Below are positions 15,599 to 25,929 of a stretch of DNA of 64,000 nt, in pieces. The notes under the pieces were generated by a model. That model made no database searches. It worked only from the letters and a program-made list of their open reading frames with translations, and was not told where the DNA came from. Each line of letters starts with the position of its first letter. Position 1 is the stretch's first letter. This DNA is from Escherichia coli O127:H6 str. E2348/69. GTDB taxonomy: Bacteria > Pseudomonadota > Gammaproteobacteria > Enterobacterales > Enterobacteriaceae. Where the stretch lies: the NCBI RefSeq assembly GCF_000026545.1, contig NC_011601.1. One strand, 5' to 3'. A program made the position numbers and the translations under genes.

Positions 15599-15614
15599 CT
15601 CTTAGAAGGGCGTC

Positions 15615-15932
<318 letters not shown>

Positions 15933-15989
15933 AAAGCGTTGCATCAGGCACTATGAACAAGATGCCGGATCATGCATCCGGCAATTCAC

Positions 15990-16679
15990 TTAAAAACGGT
16001 GACCCGCTTCCAGCGGCACCGCTTCTTCACCAGCCTTAAACACATAAGTGGTGTTCGGGCCACCCAGCGTAGCGTGACCTTTACTTACTGTGATCCAGTT
16101 ACCTTCCGGTAGACCAATAATCGTCAGTTCTGGCGCGACGACCAGCAGTTCGCGAATACGCTGCTCACGGGTTTCACCTTTATGGCCTTCCGGCAGCGCG
16201 TTGGTGAAGTGCGGGTTGATTTGCAGCGGGAACAGATTTAGCGCATCGAAACCTTGCGGATCGACAATCGGCATATCGTTGGTGGTACGAATGGTTGGGC
16301 AAGCAAGGTTAGCGCCTGCGCTCCAGCCAATATACAGCGCGCCACGTTTCACCACGTCAGTAATGGGTGCCAGCAGCCCGCGCTCGCGGCACTGTTTCAG
16401 CAACTGGAAAGTATTACCGCCGCCGACAATCACAATTTCCGCATTTTCAATCGCGGCAACGGGATCGACAACGCTATGAATACCGGTGACAGAAACACCC
16501 AGCGGAGCGAGAACCGCAGCCGTTTTCGCTGTGTAATCATCCCAGGTCTGCGTTACGCCAGCGAAAGGAATAAATACCGCAGAACGGCGCCCCTGCAACT
16601 GTTCAGCAATCAGCGGCAGCGCGTGTTCCAGCCAGGCTTTACCCGGCAGCGTCGAGTTACTCAATAAAAGCAGTTCCAT
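15990..16679 (-). CDS. pepE: Peptidase E (alpha-aspartyl dipeptidase, S51 family)
   Basis: 229-aa minus-strand [17 protein letters not shown]...; Ser-His-Glu S51 fold pattern; expected position. Confidence 0.92.
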
Positions 16680-16802
16680 TACTTCTCCGGTTAGTAAGAA
16701 AAAACGGAAGGAATGCTACCACTGCGAATTTAACCACTTACTGACATGGCTCACGATGTCACATATTGCACAGGCGCTGAGACTGATGACAAACACAGGA
16801 TT

Positions 16803-16895
16803 GCCTGATGCGCTACGCTTACCTGGCCTACCAGATAACTGCAATATATTGAATTTTCAAGATTATGTAGGCGAATAAGGCTTCATTCCGCATCC
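16803..16895. repeat. REP-like palindromic units at the pepE / sor boundary
   Basis: gcctgatgcgctacgcttacctggcctac and gtaggcgaataaggcttcattccgcatccgcc resemble REP consensus. Confidence 0.6.
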
Positions 16896-17059
16896 GCCAT
16901 AAACAATGTGCACTTTGCCACCAATTTGAGCGCCCCTTAAGGCGCTGATGTTTTTTTATCCTTCTCGTGCACATTGTGCCGCTTCTGCAATCAGCCGCAC
17001 ATCAGGTCGCGAAGTTGCCGCGGCGACCAGCCAGCGACATGCAGGGTTAAGTAGCGCGA

Positions 17060-18289
17060 TTAATCATGGGAAATTGCCTCTGCATGGGCGAGCAGGTATT
17101 GCTCCGCCTCACCGGACCAGATCCCCTGATGACGCGCCAGAATCGCCGCCAGTGCTTGATCCTGAATCTGCGTGAGTGACGTCAGCGGCAGGAATTTCCC
17201 GGTATACACCAGCTTTTTGCCGCCGCCGACGGCAGGCAATTCAAGCGTAGTTTCGCCCGCGGCATTCAGCCCAAGAATATGTGTTACCACTTTTGCGGCC
17301 TGCACTTTTTTCTCTTCAATCAATTTGACCGCTGCGCGCATGTCGTCGGTATTGCCGCCTGACGTGCCCACGTAGTGGGTAAATGCATAATGCACATCGT
17401 AGAAATTAATTGGCGCGCTGAAGTGCTTATCCTGCGGTCCGGCGAAGAAATTCAGACAACCATCTGTCGCCAGCAAGGAAGAGGCGAGAGTCACCAGTCC
17501 TTCATTAGGCACAAAGACGAAAATATCATCGAAGCCGTGACCGCCACTCAGTGCCATTAACGTATCAAATGCTGCATCGGCGGCATTGAGATAATGAATC
17601 AGTGTTTGCGGTTCTGATGGATAGTGCTTGCGCGCATAACTCAATTTGTCGTTGTCGGTATCGGTAATGACGAGCAGCGACGGGTTAACGGGTCCATGTA
17701 GCGCATAATCAATCGCCAGCAGCCCCATCGGGCCGGTGCCGCCGAGTATCAGCGTGCGCCCTTGCGGGCGAATCCCCATCGTGTGGTTATAACTACCTTC
17801 CTGAAGATGATAGTTGGCGTTGAACGCGCCAATCACGCAGGAAAGCGGTTCAACCAGCGAGCCTTCAAAATAGGTTTCGCCGTCGTATGCCAGCAGGCAA
17901 TCATGTTCCATGACCTCGTTGGGAATAACCACATGCGTCGCTTCGCCGCCTACCCACGGGAAGGAGTAGCCGGGGCAATCCGGGCGGTCGGGGAGTTGCA
18001 GGTTGGCCTGAATCACATAACGCTGACCCGGCTGGAATTTGTGCTGCCACTTTTTACCCACGGCCAGAATATCGCCGCAAAATTCGTGGCCGATGATGAT
18101 GGGATTGGTCGCCACATCGTCGGGTACTTTTTTATGGTTTTCACCCAGATTGGCCTCTTTCCAGGAAGAGAGGCACAGGCTGTCAGTGACCACCGTTGCG
18201 AGGATTTCATCCTCCTGCATTTCAGGAAGGTCAAAGGTTTCCAGACGCAGGTCACGTTTGCCATAAAGACGCAGAGCTGTTGTTTTCAT
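17060..18289 (-). CDS. sorE: L-sorbose-1-phosphate reductase (zinc-binding dehydrogenase family)
   Basis: Minus ORF 17060..18301; start set at MKTTALRLYG with SD aggtgg; MDR/zinc-ADH-like sequence, about 409 aa, last gene of a sor-type operon. Confidence 0.75.
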   Translation of the reverse strand: MKTTALRLYGKRDLRLETFDLPEMQEDEILATVVTDSLCLSSWKEANLGENHKKVPDDVATNPIIIGHEFCGDILAVGKKWQHKFQPGQRYVIQANLQLPDRPDCPGYSFPWVGGEATHVVIPNEVMEHDCLLAYDGETYFEGSLVEPLSCVIGAFNANYHLQEGSYNHTMGIRPQGRTLILGGTGPMGLLAIDYALHGPVNPSLLVITDTDNDKLSYARKHYPSEPQTLIHYLNAADAAFDTLMALSGGHGFDDIFVFVPNEGLVTLASSLLATDGCLNFFAGPQDKHFSAPINFYDVHYAFTHYVGTSGGNTDDMRAAVKLIEEKKVQAAKVVTHILGLNAAGETTLELPAVGGGKKLVYTGKFLPLTSLTQIQDQALAAILARHQGIWSGEAEQYLLAHAEAISHD

Positions 18290-18340
18290 AAACCACCTCA
18301 TGTTGAGCGATGGCCCCGGCAGTCGTGCCGGGGCGAAGAA

Positions 18341-19195
18341 TCAGGACAGGAAGCCCAGCGCATTGCCGATAATCCCTAAGCCAAACAGGGCGAAAATCAG
18401 CCATACCGGGTTAATTTTTTTGTTGAGCAGACGAACCATCAGTAGCGTCAGACCGAGCGCCAGCAAACCAGGGCAAAGTTGGTCGAGAATGTTCTGCACG
18501 GTCATGGTGACGGTGGAGCCATCGGCGGCATGCGTTTGTGAAACCACCAACGGTACGTTGATTGACGTCCATTTGGTCACCAGCACGCCCATCACAAACA
18601 GTCCGAGAATCGACGCGCCTTCGGTGAGTTTTTGCAGCAAATTACCGCCCATATCGCTGACGATATTCACCCCTTTGCGAAAGCCGAGTTGTAGGCCATA
18701 CCACTTCATCGCCAGACGCACCGCGTTGAAAATAAAGAAAAACAGCAGCGGGCCGAGAATGTTGCCCGAAAGTGCCAGAGATGCGCCGAGCGCGGCGGTA
18801 ATCGGGCGCAGCGTTCCCCAGACCAGTGGATCGCCAACTCCTGCCAATGGTCCCATCAGACCGACTTTGATGCCGTTAATGGTACCGTCATCAATTTCCG
18901 CGCCGTTGGCCCGCGCCTCTTCCATGGCGGCAGTGACGCCGATGACCGGGCCACATACGGCTGGCGTGGTATTGAAGAACACCAGGTGTCGCCTGAGCGC
19001 CGCAACCTGATCCTCTTTTAATGGGTAAAGTCGCTTGATGGCGGGGATCATGTCGTAGCAAAAACCCAGCCCGTGAATACGTTCAAAGTTAAAGGACGCC
19101 TGTTGCAGGTTGGAGCGCAGAAACATGCTCACCAGATCGCTGCGTGTAATTTTTCTCTGTTCCATGATGGCTCCGTTAATCATCAAGTTGGTCAA
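18341..19195 (-). CDS. sorM: PTS mannose/sorbose family EIID component
   Basis: Translation aligns with ManZ-type IID (RSNLQQASFNFERIHGLGFCYDMIPAIKRLYP, GVGDPLVWGTLRP); start may be the internal MEQRK. Confidence 0.85.
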   Translation of the reverse strand: MTNLMINGAIMEQRKITRSDLVSMFLRSNLQQASFNFERIHGLGFCYDMIPAIKRLYPLKEDQVAALRRHLVFFNTTPAVCGPVIGVTAAMEEARANGAEIDDGTINGIKVGLMGPLAGVGDPLVWGTLRPITAALGASLALSGNILGPLLFFFIFNAVRLAMKWYGLQLGFRKGVNIVSDMGGNLLQKLTEGASILGLFVMGVLVTKWTSINVPLVVSQTHAADGSTVTMTVQNILDQLCPGLLALGLTLLMVRLLNKKINPVWLIFALFGLGIIGNALGFLS

Positions 19196-19973
19196 GGGCG
19201 GTGATAGTGGTGGTCTGGGGATGTGGTTCAGCTTTACGCCACTGTGGATTTAACTGGATGTAGAGCAGGGCCATGATCACGCCGACGCCACCGAACGCCA
19301 GCAGACTGAGATCGAGGTAGCCACCTGCGAGGAAACCGAGGAAAAAGAAAGGCATCAAATATTTCACGCCCATCATGCGAAGCACCATGGCGTAACCGAC
19401 CACCACGATAAAACCGCCAGCAATCTGCAGCCCACGGGTCACAAATTCGGGAATGGCGCTCAGCATATTGCTCACCATATCAGCGCTGACGAACAGCGAG
19501 ACAATCAGTGCCGGAATAGCAACGCGCAGTGCCTGCACGCCAAGCGCGGAGACATGCAGAATATCGAGAGTGCGAAACCGTGCTTCTTCCGCTGCTTTAT
19601 CCGCCGCGTGCTGGAACACTACGGTGATGGTACGGGCAAACACCGTCAGCACCTGGCCTGCAGCAGCCACAGGCAACGCGATGGCGATTCCGGTGGCGAT
19701 GCTTTGCTGACCAACGATAACCAGAATGGCGGAGATTATGCTGGCGAGTGCAGAATCCGGAGATTGCGCCGCGCCGACGTTCATCCAGCCGAGAGCTATC
19801 AATTCCAGCGTACCACCGAGCATAATTCCGGTTTTTAAATCACCGAGAATTAAACCAATCACCGTACAGGCAATTAACGGACGATGAGTCTGAAATTCAT
19901 CCAGCACGCTGCCCATTCCGGCAATACAGGAAAAAAGAAATATAGCAATGATTTGTAGGGTACTTATTTCCAT
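19176..19973 (-). CDS. sorA: PTS mannose/sorbose family EIIC component
   Basis: 265-aa polytopic membrane protein MEISTLQIIAIFLF... with ManY-like pattern. Confidence 0.85.
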   Translation of the reverse strand: MEISTLQIIAIFLFSCIAGMGSVLDEFQTHRPLIACTVIGLILGDLKTGIMLGGTLELIALGWMNVGAAQSPDSALASIISAILVIVGQQSIATGIAIALPVAAAGQVLTVFARTITVVFQHAADKAAEEARFRTLDILHVSALGVQALRVAIPALIVSLFVSADMVSNMLSAIPEFVTRGLQIAGGFIVVVGYAMVLRMMGVKYLMPFFFLGFLAGGYLDLSLLAFGGVGVIMALLYIQLNPQWRKAEPHPQTTTITALDQLDD

Positions 19974-20038
19974 AATTTGTCACCTTTTAAGTGTCGTCAT
20001 CCCTGCCTGTTAAAGCATATGTACACAGGCGCTATTAT

Positions 20039-20533
20039 TTAATTTGCGATTAACTGTTCGTTTATTTTGTCGATAATATTGATTGAGGGATCTGACGCTA
20101 CGACGCGTAAATCCAGTATGACGCCAAGATTATTTAACTCATGAAATGCGTTAATATCATCGTCATCTAATGAAACTGCTTTGGTTAACTGTTTCTTACC
20201 AGGACGCCAGGCCATACCGCCAATATTCAGGGTACCTATTTTTACCCCCTGGCGAACCATTGCTAAGGCATCTTGTGGGCGAGTGAAAAGATAAAAAACG
20301 GTTTCGTCCTGATATTGCGGGTTGTGATAAACCGCGACGGCTTTTTCAATATTGACCACGTTAACCTTCATTCCCGGTGGCGCAGCCTGACGCAATAATG
20401 TCCGGCGAACTTCATCGTTATAAACTTCGTCATTGCAGATAATAATGCGTTGGGCGTTAGCCACTTTCGACCAGACGGTAGTGACCTGGCCGTGGATCAG
20501 GCGGTCATCAATGCGGGCGAGCGTAATGTTCAT
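20039..20533 (-). CDS. sorB: PTS mannose/sorbose family EIIB component
   Basis: 164 aa, MNITLARIDDRLIHGQVTT (phospho-His IIB motif). Confidence 0.85.
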   Translation of the reverse strand: MNITLARIDDRLIHGQVTTVWSKVANAQRIIICNDEVYNDEVRRTLLRQAAPPGMKVNVVNIEKAVAVYHNPQYQDETVFYLFTRPQDALAMVRQGVKIGTLNIGGMAWRPGKKQLTKAVSLDDDDINAFHELNNLGVILDLRVVASDPSINIIDKINEQLIAN

Positions 20534-20940
20534 CAGAAATCCTCCTCTGCTGTTGCCACCTGTCTCCAGACGACGCAGGTTTGCTTTGCGATTTGCGTCA
20601 GGTGTTCACACAGTTCATCAACATTCATGCTGTCCTGGTTATCAACCAGTTCGAGCGCCAGCGGCAGAGAAAGGCCGCTGATTACCCGCAGACGAGGATT
20701 GCGCATCGCAAGCATCGCTGCCGCATTCCACGGGCTGCCGCACTGTAAATCCACGGCGATTAGCCACTCGTCATGATTGTGAATGCTCACTAACTTCTCC
20801 AGCTTTGCCACAATGTCTCCGGCGTTCTCGCCGGGCACAAATTCAACGGCCTCGACCCTGGCATCGCCGTACACCATCTGAACCGATTCCAGCATGGCGC
20901 AGGCTAATTTGCCGTGGGCGCAAAAAATGGCATTGACCAT
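20533..20940 (-). CDS. sorF: PTS mannose/sorbose family EIIA component
   Basis: 135 aa, MVNAIFCAHGKLA... (IIA active-site His region); ATGA overlap with sorB. Confidence 0.85.
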   Translation of the reverse strand: MVNAIFCAHGKLACAMLESVQMVYGDARVEAVEFVPGENAGDIVAKLEKLVSIHNHDEWLIAVDLQCGSPWNAAAMLAMRNPRLRVISGLSLPLALELVDNQDSMNVDELCEHLTQIAKQTCVVWRQVATAEEDF

Positions 20941-20949
20941 AAAGCCTCC

Positions 20950-21756
20950 TTAGCCGCGCGTTTTGCCGCCCGCAATGTTAGTGGTTACTCCGGTGATATA
21001 GCTGGCGCGTTCAGACAGCAGATAACAAACAAAATCAGCCACTTCTGCTAATCTTCCGGCGCGCCCAATAGGAATGGCGTTTTTGGTATAGCCTTCACGC
21101 AGCTGCTCGACGGTGATATTGCGCGTCCACGCCAGCGCTTCTTCATATTCCGGCGTGCGCAGTCCTGTTTTTTCCAGAATCCCCGGTGCGATACCGACCA
21201 CACGGATACCGTGCTTACCCAGCTCTTTCGACCAGGAGCGCGTGAAGCTATTGAGCGCGGCTTTGGTCGCGGCGTAACAGCTTTGGCCTTCTGAGCCTTC
21301 CAGCCCACTTTCTGAGGAAACATTCACAATCACGCCATCATGTTGTTTGACCATCTGTCGCGCCACCGCCTGCGACATCAGAAAAACGCCTTTCTGGTTG
21401 ATATTGACCATTTTTTCGAATGCAGCTTCGTTGAGTTCATACTGCCCGGCAGGCGCTTTCTCATCGACCAGCAGACGCGGGAAATTGACCCCGGCGTTGT
21501 TAACCAGACCGTCGATGCGACCAAAACGCTGGATAATTTCTGCTACCGTATGATTTACCTCTTTGGCGCTGGAAATATCGGTCGGCCAGAACTGATAACC
21601 TTTATGGCTTTCATATTGACCATCGCCACCGTGAATATCGACCATCTGTACATTCGCGCCTTGTGCTAATAATTCATCCACAATCGCCAGACCAATACCG
21701 GATGCGCCACCGGTGACAATAATGATTTTATCCTGCAAATTTAACCACGTTTGCAT
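20950..21756 (-). CDS. sorD: Short-chain dehydrogenase/reductase (D-glucitol-6-phosphate dehydrogenase of sor operon)
   Basis: 268 aa; TGGASGIG Rossmann motif and SDR catalytic YxxxK pattern. Confidence 0.8.
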   Translation of the reverse strand: MQTWLNLQDKIIIVTGGASGIGLAIVDELLAQGANVQMVDIHGGDGQYESHKGYQFWPTDISSAKEVNHTVAEIIQRFGRIDGLVNNAGVNFPRLLVDEKAPAGQYELNEAAFEKMVNINQKGVFLMSQAVARQMVKQHDGVIVNVSSESGLEGSEGQSCYAATKAALNSFTRSWSKELGKHGIRVVGIAPGILEKTGLRTPEYEEALAWTRNITVEQLREGYTKNAIPIGRAGRLAEVADFVCYLLSERASYITGVTTNIAGGKTRG

Positions 21757-21825
21757 AACAGACTCCTGATTTTAGATAATAGGTACCCGCCGTAATTTTT
21801 ATTACGGTAAACATCGGGAAGATTT

Positions 21826-22773
21826 TTATTTCAGTAATAGTTCAGCTGTGCTGCTATTCGTTACCAGACAATTAATATATTTTCCACGCAGTGCACCAAC
21901 AATTCCGCTGTATTTTTCTTCGCTCATGGCAATGCCAATGGAATACCGTGCCTGCTTCAATTTATTCATTTCGATAGAGAGTGTTTTTTCGCTCATATTC
22001 GTTTCAACCATTGCGCCGTGAATATCAAAAAAGCGCGAGCAAATATCGCCAGCAACCTGGCGGGCATTCAGGTCGTCACTCTCTTCACCACCATAAAACG
22101 CATGCCAGTTAGCGCCGTCGCGAATGGCCGGTGAGCCAATTCCCACCAGGGCGACATCCAGATTATCCCAGTAGGCAGAGATGGTTTTAAAGTGCTGAGA
22201 CTGCATGATCCCATTACGAATTAATGGGTTATCCAGCAGAGCCGGAAAATCCGCGAGATGAGATTCCCCTTTCAGCTTCGCTGCCGCGCTGTAGGATAAT
22301 GTGTTTACGTGATAGCGGCTTTCGAGTTTACCGGACGGGCCGCCAATAATCGGCACGCAAATTAACTGCCGCGATTGCCCCGCCTGCGGCAAGTTTTCAA
22401 CCAGTGCGCTCACCGCGCGACCCCAGGAAAAACCGACAATATCGCCAGGTTCCAGCAAGCGATCCAGCAGTTGCGCGCCGTGTAACCCCATCATCGCCAG
22501 TTGAGTATCTTCATCCTCATCATTTCCTGACACCACCACAACGTCTTTCAGGCCAAACTTTTGCTTCACTTGCTGCTCCAGCCAGAGATTTCCGTTGTAG
22601 TCATAGTTGATGGCGATGGTGACAATTCCCTGATCGCGGCCTCGTTTAAGCAAGCGGCTGATGGTGGTGCGGTAAATACCCAGTTCGCGCGCAATTTGCG
22701 CCTGCGTCATATCCTGTTCGTAATAGAGTTGGGCAATCTTCACAATCAAACGGATATCGTCACTGTTTTCCAT
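21826..22773 (-). CDS. sorC: SorC-family transcriptional regulator of the sorbose operon
   Basis: ORF 21826..22857; start set at MENSDDIRLIVK with strong SD aggagg; N-terminal HTH (MTQAQIARELGIYRTTISRLL) and sugar-phosphate-binding domain. Confidence 0.8.
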   Translation of the reverse strand: MENSDDIRLIVKIAQLYYEQDMTQAQIARELGIYRTTISRLLKRGRDQGIVTIAINYDYNGNLWLEQQVKQKFGLKDVVVVSGNDEDEDTQLAMMGLHGAQLLDRLLEPGDIVGFSWGRAVSALVENLPQAGQSRQLICVPIIGGPSGKLESRYHVNTLSYSAAAKLKGESHLADFPALLDNPLIRNGIMQSQHFKTISAYWDNLDVALVGIGSPAIRDGANWHAFYGGEESDDLNARQVAGDICSRFFDIHGAMVETNMSEKTLSIEMNKLKQARYSIGIAMSEEKYSGIVGALRGKYINCLVTNSSTAELLLK

Positions 22774-23120
22774 TGCCGCCTCCTGGTTCTGCACATTTGT
22801 GCAAATACGCTTTCTCACCGCTTGATCTGATATAACCCCATCATGATGGCCTTTCAAAGCGATTTTTCACTCTTTGTATGGGGGGAAATAGCGCTTTCTC
22901 TTGCACATTTGTTTCTCTGCGTAGTAGTCATCAGCACAGGTGTGCAGCGATTCGTAATTTGTTGATTATCCTTATTTTGCCAGGCAAATTTGCATCGTAC
23001 TTCCGGAGACACTTTTGTGATAAAAGGCGTGGCAGATCACATTTAATTTCGACGTTGCCGCATAACCCTGTTTTTCCCTGCTAAGAGGTACGGTATATTC
23101 CGCGTTTTACAGGAGAATTT
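22774..23120. promoter_or_regulatory. sorC upstream and rluF promoter region with TGCACA-N2-TGTGCA inverted repeats
   Basis: Inverted repeat tgcacatttgtgca at 22789-22802 and related ttgcacatttgtt near 22900; candidate SorC operators. Confidence 0.35.
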
Positions 23121-23993
23121 ATGCTGCCCGACTCATCAGTCCGTTTAAATAAATACATCAGCGAAAGCGGAATTTGCTCACGCCGCGAAGCGGATCGCTA
23201 TATCGAGCAAGGCAATGTGTTCCTTAATGGCAAGCGAGCCACCATTGGCGATCAGGTGAAACCCGGCGACGTTGTGAAAGTAAACGGTCAGTTGATTGAG
23301 CCTCGGGAATCCGAAGATTTGGTACTTATCGCCCTGAACAAGCCCGTCGGTATTGTCAGCACCACCGAAGATGGCGAGCGCGATAACATTGTCGATTTCG
23401 TTAACCACAGCAAACGCGTGTTCCCGATTGGCCGCCTGGATAAAGATTCCCAGGGGCTGATTTTCCTCACCAATCACGGCGATCTGGTGAATAAGATCCT
23501 CCGTGCGGGTAACGATCATGAGAAAGAGTATCTGGTGACGGTTGATAAACCGATTACCGATGAATTTATTCGTGGTATGGGGGCGGGAGTACCGATCCTC
23601 GGGACGGTAACTAAAAAGTGCAAAGTCAAAAAAGAAGCACCGTTTGTCTTCCGCATTACCCTGGTGCAGGGGCTGAACCGTCAGATTCGTCGCATGTGCG
23701 AGCACTTTGGTTACGAAGTGAAAAAGCTGGAACGTACGCGCATTATGAACGTCAGCTTAAGCGGCATTCCGCTGGGTGAGTGGCGCGATTTAACCGACGA
23801 TGAGTTAATCGATCTCTTTAAGCTCATTGAAAATTCCTCTTCCGAGGCAAAACCTAAAGCGAAGGCCAAACCGAAAACGGTAGGCATCAAACGTCCAGTC
23901 GTTAAGATGGAAAAAACGGCGGAAAAAGGCGGTCGCCCGGCGTCCAACGGTAAGCGTTTTACCTCGCCGGGGCGCAAAAAGAAGGGGCGTTAA
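23121..23993 (+). CDS. rluF: 23S rRNA pseudouridine synthase F (S4 domain plus RluA/RsuA-type catalytic domain)
   Basis: 290 aa; N-terminal S4 RNA-binding region; catalytic Asp region [11 protein letters not shown]; lysine-rich C-terminal tail. Confidence 0.9.
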   Translation: MLPDSSVRLNKYISESGICSRREADRYIEQGNVFLNGKRATIGDQVKPGDVVKVNGQLIEPRESEDLVLIALNKPVGIVSTTEDGERDNIVDFVNHSKRVFPIGRLDKDSQGLIFLTNHGDLVNKILRAGNDHEKEYLVTVDKPITDEFIRGMGAGVPILGTVTKKCKVKKEAPFVFRITLVQGLNRQIRRMCEHFGYEVKKLERTRIMNVSLSGIPLGEWRDLTDDELIDLFKLIENSSSEAKPKAKAKPKTVGIKRPVVKMEKTAEKGGRPASNGKRFTSPGRKKKGR

Positions 23994-24266
23994 TCAGCGC
24001 CTGCCGCGCGTCGACGTATTTGCTGACCAGCTAAATGACGCCTCAGGATCCGGTTTATAAGCCTGCTTTTTCTTCAATTGGCGGGCTTTTTTCGCTTCAG
24101 CCTCACGCTCGACCATTAATTTATCGATGTACTCTTTCTTAATGTTGTTAGTTTCGGAGTTGGTCAGTACGCGACCATGCGCAATCCGCGCCCGATCCAG
24201 CAGTGTTTTAAGTTCACGCTGCTCGCGTTCAGTCATCTCTTTTTGGGTAATACGGGGGAGTGCCAT
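23994..24266 (-). CDS. yjbD: Small conserved protein YjbD (DUF3811)
   Basis: 90-aa ORF at the position and orientation of yjbD. Confidence 0.7.
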   Translation of the reverse strand: MALPRITQKEMTEREQRELKTLLDRARIAHGRVLTNSETNNIKKEYIDKLMVEREAEAKKARQLKKKQAYKPDPEASFSWSANTSTRGRR

Positions 24267-24469
24267 GATGGTGCCCTCAGTGAGCCAGAGAGTTCAGTGT
24301 ACGGGAATTCGTTTGCGAGCAGAACTGATAATATTCATTTTGCCTTCTCTTAACTATTTATCTCTTTCGATAATTAGTTAGAGATGCGGATAAAAAAATT
24401 AAAGGCAATTATTCTCCGATAAAGACGCTGGTTAACAGGGAATAGACTTGTTTATTTATGGGCATAATG

Positions 24470-24510
24470 ACAAGAAAAACAATACGGCCCGAAATAATGT
24501 CTTCCGGGCC
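24470..24510 (-). terminator. Probable lysC terminator
   Basis: Hairpin ggcccg...cgggcc with adjacent A/T run just downstream of the lysC stop on the minus strand. Confidence 0.45.
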
Positions 24511-24519
24511 ATACTGTGT

Positions 24520-25869
24520 TTACTCAAACAAATTAAAATGCAGTTTTTGCACCACCTGCTCGGCATCTTCGCCGGGCACCAGGAAGCACAGGTTATGGCT
24601 GGATGCGCCGTAACAAATCATGCGAATGTTGAACGGTTCCAGTACGCCGAATACCTCTTTGCCAACGCCGCAGGCTTTTGACAGGTCATTGCCAATCAAC
24701 GCGACCAGCGCCAGACCCTCTTCCACTTCCACCCGGCACAGTGCAGACAGCTCCATCAGCAGAGATTGCGTCAGCAACGTATCGCCAGTGGAGGTTGAAC
24801 CGGTGGTATCAAGGGTTAATGCCACGCTCACTTCTGACGTGGTGATTAAGTCTACCGAAATATTATGCCGCGCGAGGATGCCGAAAACTTCCGCGAGGAA
24901 ACCGCGAGAATGCAGCATATTCAGGCTGTGCAAAGTGAGCAGAGTCTGATTGCGACGAAGCGCCAGCGCGCGGAACAGCGGCGGATTTTCAGTTTTATTG
25001 CACACCAGCGTACCACCTGCGCGTGGGTCTTTGCTGGAGCCGACAAAGACCGGGATATCGCTGCGTACTGCGGGTAGCAACGTTGCCGGATGCAGTACTT
25101 TTGCACCAAAAGTTGCCATCTCTGCCGCTTCGGCAAACGCGATTTCATCAATGCGTTTTGCTGCGGAAACCACGCGTGGATCGGTGGTGTAGATGCCCGG
25201 GACGTCGGTCCAGATATCAACACGAGATGCGTGTAAAGCCTCCGCCAGCAAGGCTGCCGTATAATCGCTGCCTCCACGGCCAAGCGTCGTTGTACGACCT
25301 TTATTTTCGCTGCCGATAAATCCCTGGGTGATCACTAAGCCTTCATTGAGGCGTGGGAGCAGCTGCAGCGCGGCCAGTTCCGCCAGCGCGGCTACATCTG
25401 GCTCTGCACGACCAAATCGGTCGTTGGTACGCATCACTTTACGTACATCAAACCACTGTGCCTGAACATCGCGTTCGCGCAGGATTTCGACAAACAGCAG
25501 GGTCGACATCAGCTCGCCGTGGCTGACCAGTTCATCTGTCAGCGCCGGAGACGTTGCCAGCGCCGCCGCTTCTGCCAGAACAGTAATGTTCTCCAGCAGA
25601 CGTTCAATCTCTTCACGGATAACGTTCGGGTAACGCAGACGTTCCAGAATGGCAAACTGGATATTGCGGATTGCGTCGAGTTTTTCGAATCGCTCGCCAG
25701 GTTCCAGTCCTTCAGCTAAAGCGACCAGCAGATTAGTGATACCAGCAGAAGCCGAGAGGACAACTAAACGCACGTTGGCATCAGAAAGCACAATATCAGC
25801 GCTGCGGTTCATGGCGTCAAAATCAGCTACGCTGGTACCGCCAAATTTGGAGACAACAATTTCAGACAT
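24520..25869 (-). CDS. lysC: Lysine-sensitive aspartokinase III
   Basis: 449-aa ORF MSEIVVSKFGGTSVADFDAMNRSADIV...; amino-acid kinase domain plus two ACT domains. Confidence 0.95.
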   Translation of the reverse strand: MSEIVVSKFGGTSVADFDAMNRSADIVLSDANVRLVVLSASAGITNLLVALAEGLEPGERFEKLDAIRNIQFAILERLRYPNVIREEIERLLENITVLAEAAALATSPALTDELVSHGELMSTLLFVEILRERDVQAQWFDVRKVMRTNDRFGRAEPDVAALAELAALQLLPRLNEGLVITQGFIGSENKGRTTTLGRGGSDYTAALLAEALHASRVDIWTDVPGIYTTDPRVVSAAKRIDEIAFAEAAEMATFGAKVLHPATLLPAVRSDIPVFVGSSKDPRAGGTLVCNKTENPPLFRALALRRNQTLLTLHSLNMLHSRGFLAEVFGILARHNISVDLITTSEVSVALTLDTTGSTSTGDTLLTQSLLMELSALCRVEVEEGLALVALIGNDLSKACGVGKEVFGVLEPFNIRMICYGASSHNLCFLVPGEDAEQVVQKLHFNLFE

Positions 25870-25929
25870 AACTACCTCGTGTCAGGGGATCCATTTTCAG
25901 CCTTGGCACAAGGGAAGAGCGGAAGACGG

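Larger units (their letters stand above)
14241..15614 (+). mobile_element. IS110-family insertion sequence (about 1.37 kb) nested within IS3 orfB
   Basis: Segment that splits IS3 orfB between HSD and QGWHY; contains one ORF with DEDD/RuvC-like N-terminus (VGGVDTHKDLHVAAV) typical of IS110 transposases; boundaries inferred from IS3 protein continuity to within a few bp. Confidence 0.75.

Noticed and set aside
18300-19010. 236-aa plus-strand ORF overlapping sorM and sorE, and 205-aa ORF 17762..18379
   Set aside because: Antisense to PTS IID and sorbose-1-P reductase frames that have clear family signatures; Ser/Pro-rich low-complexity translation.
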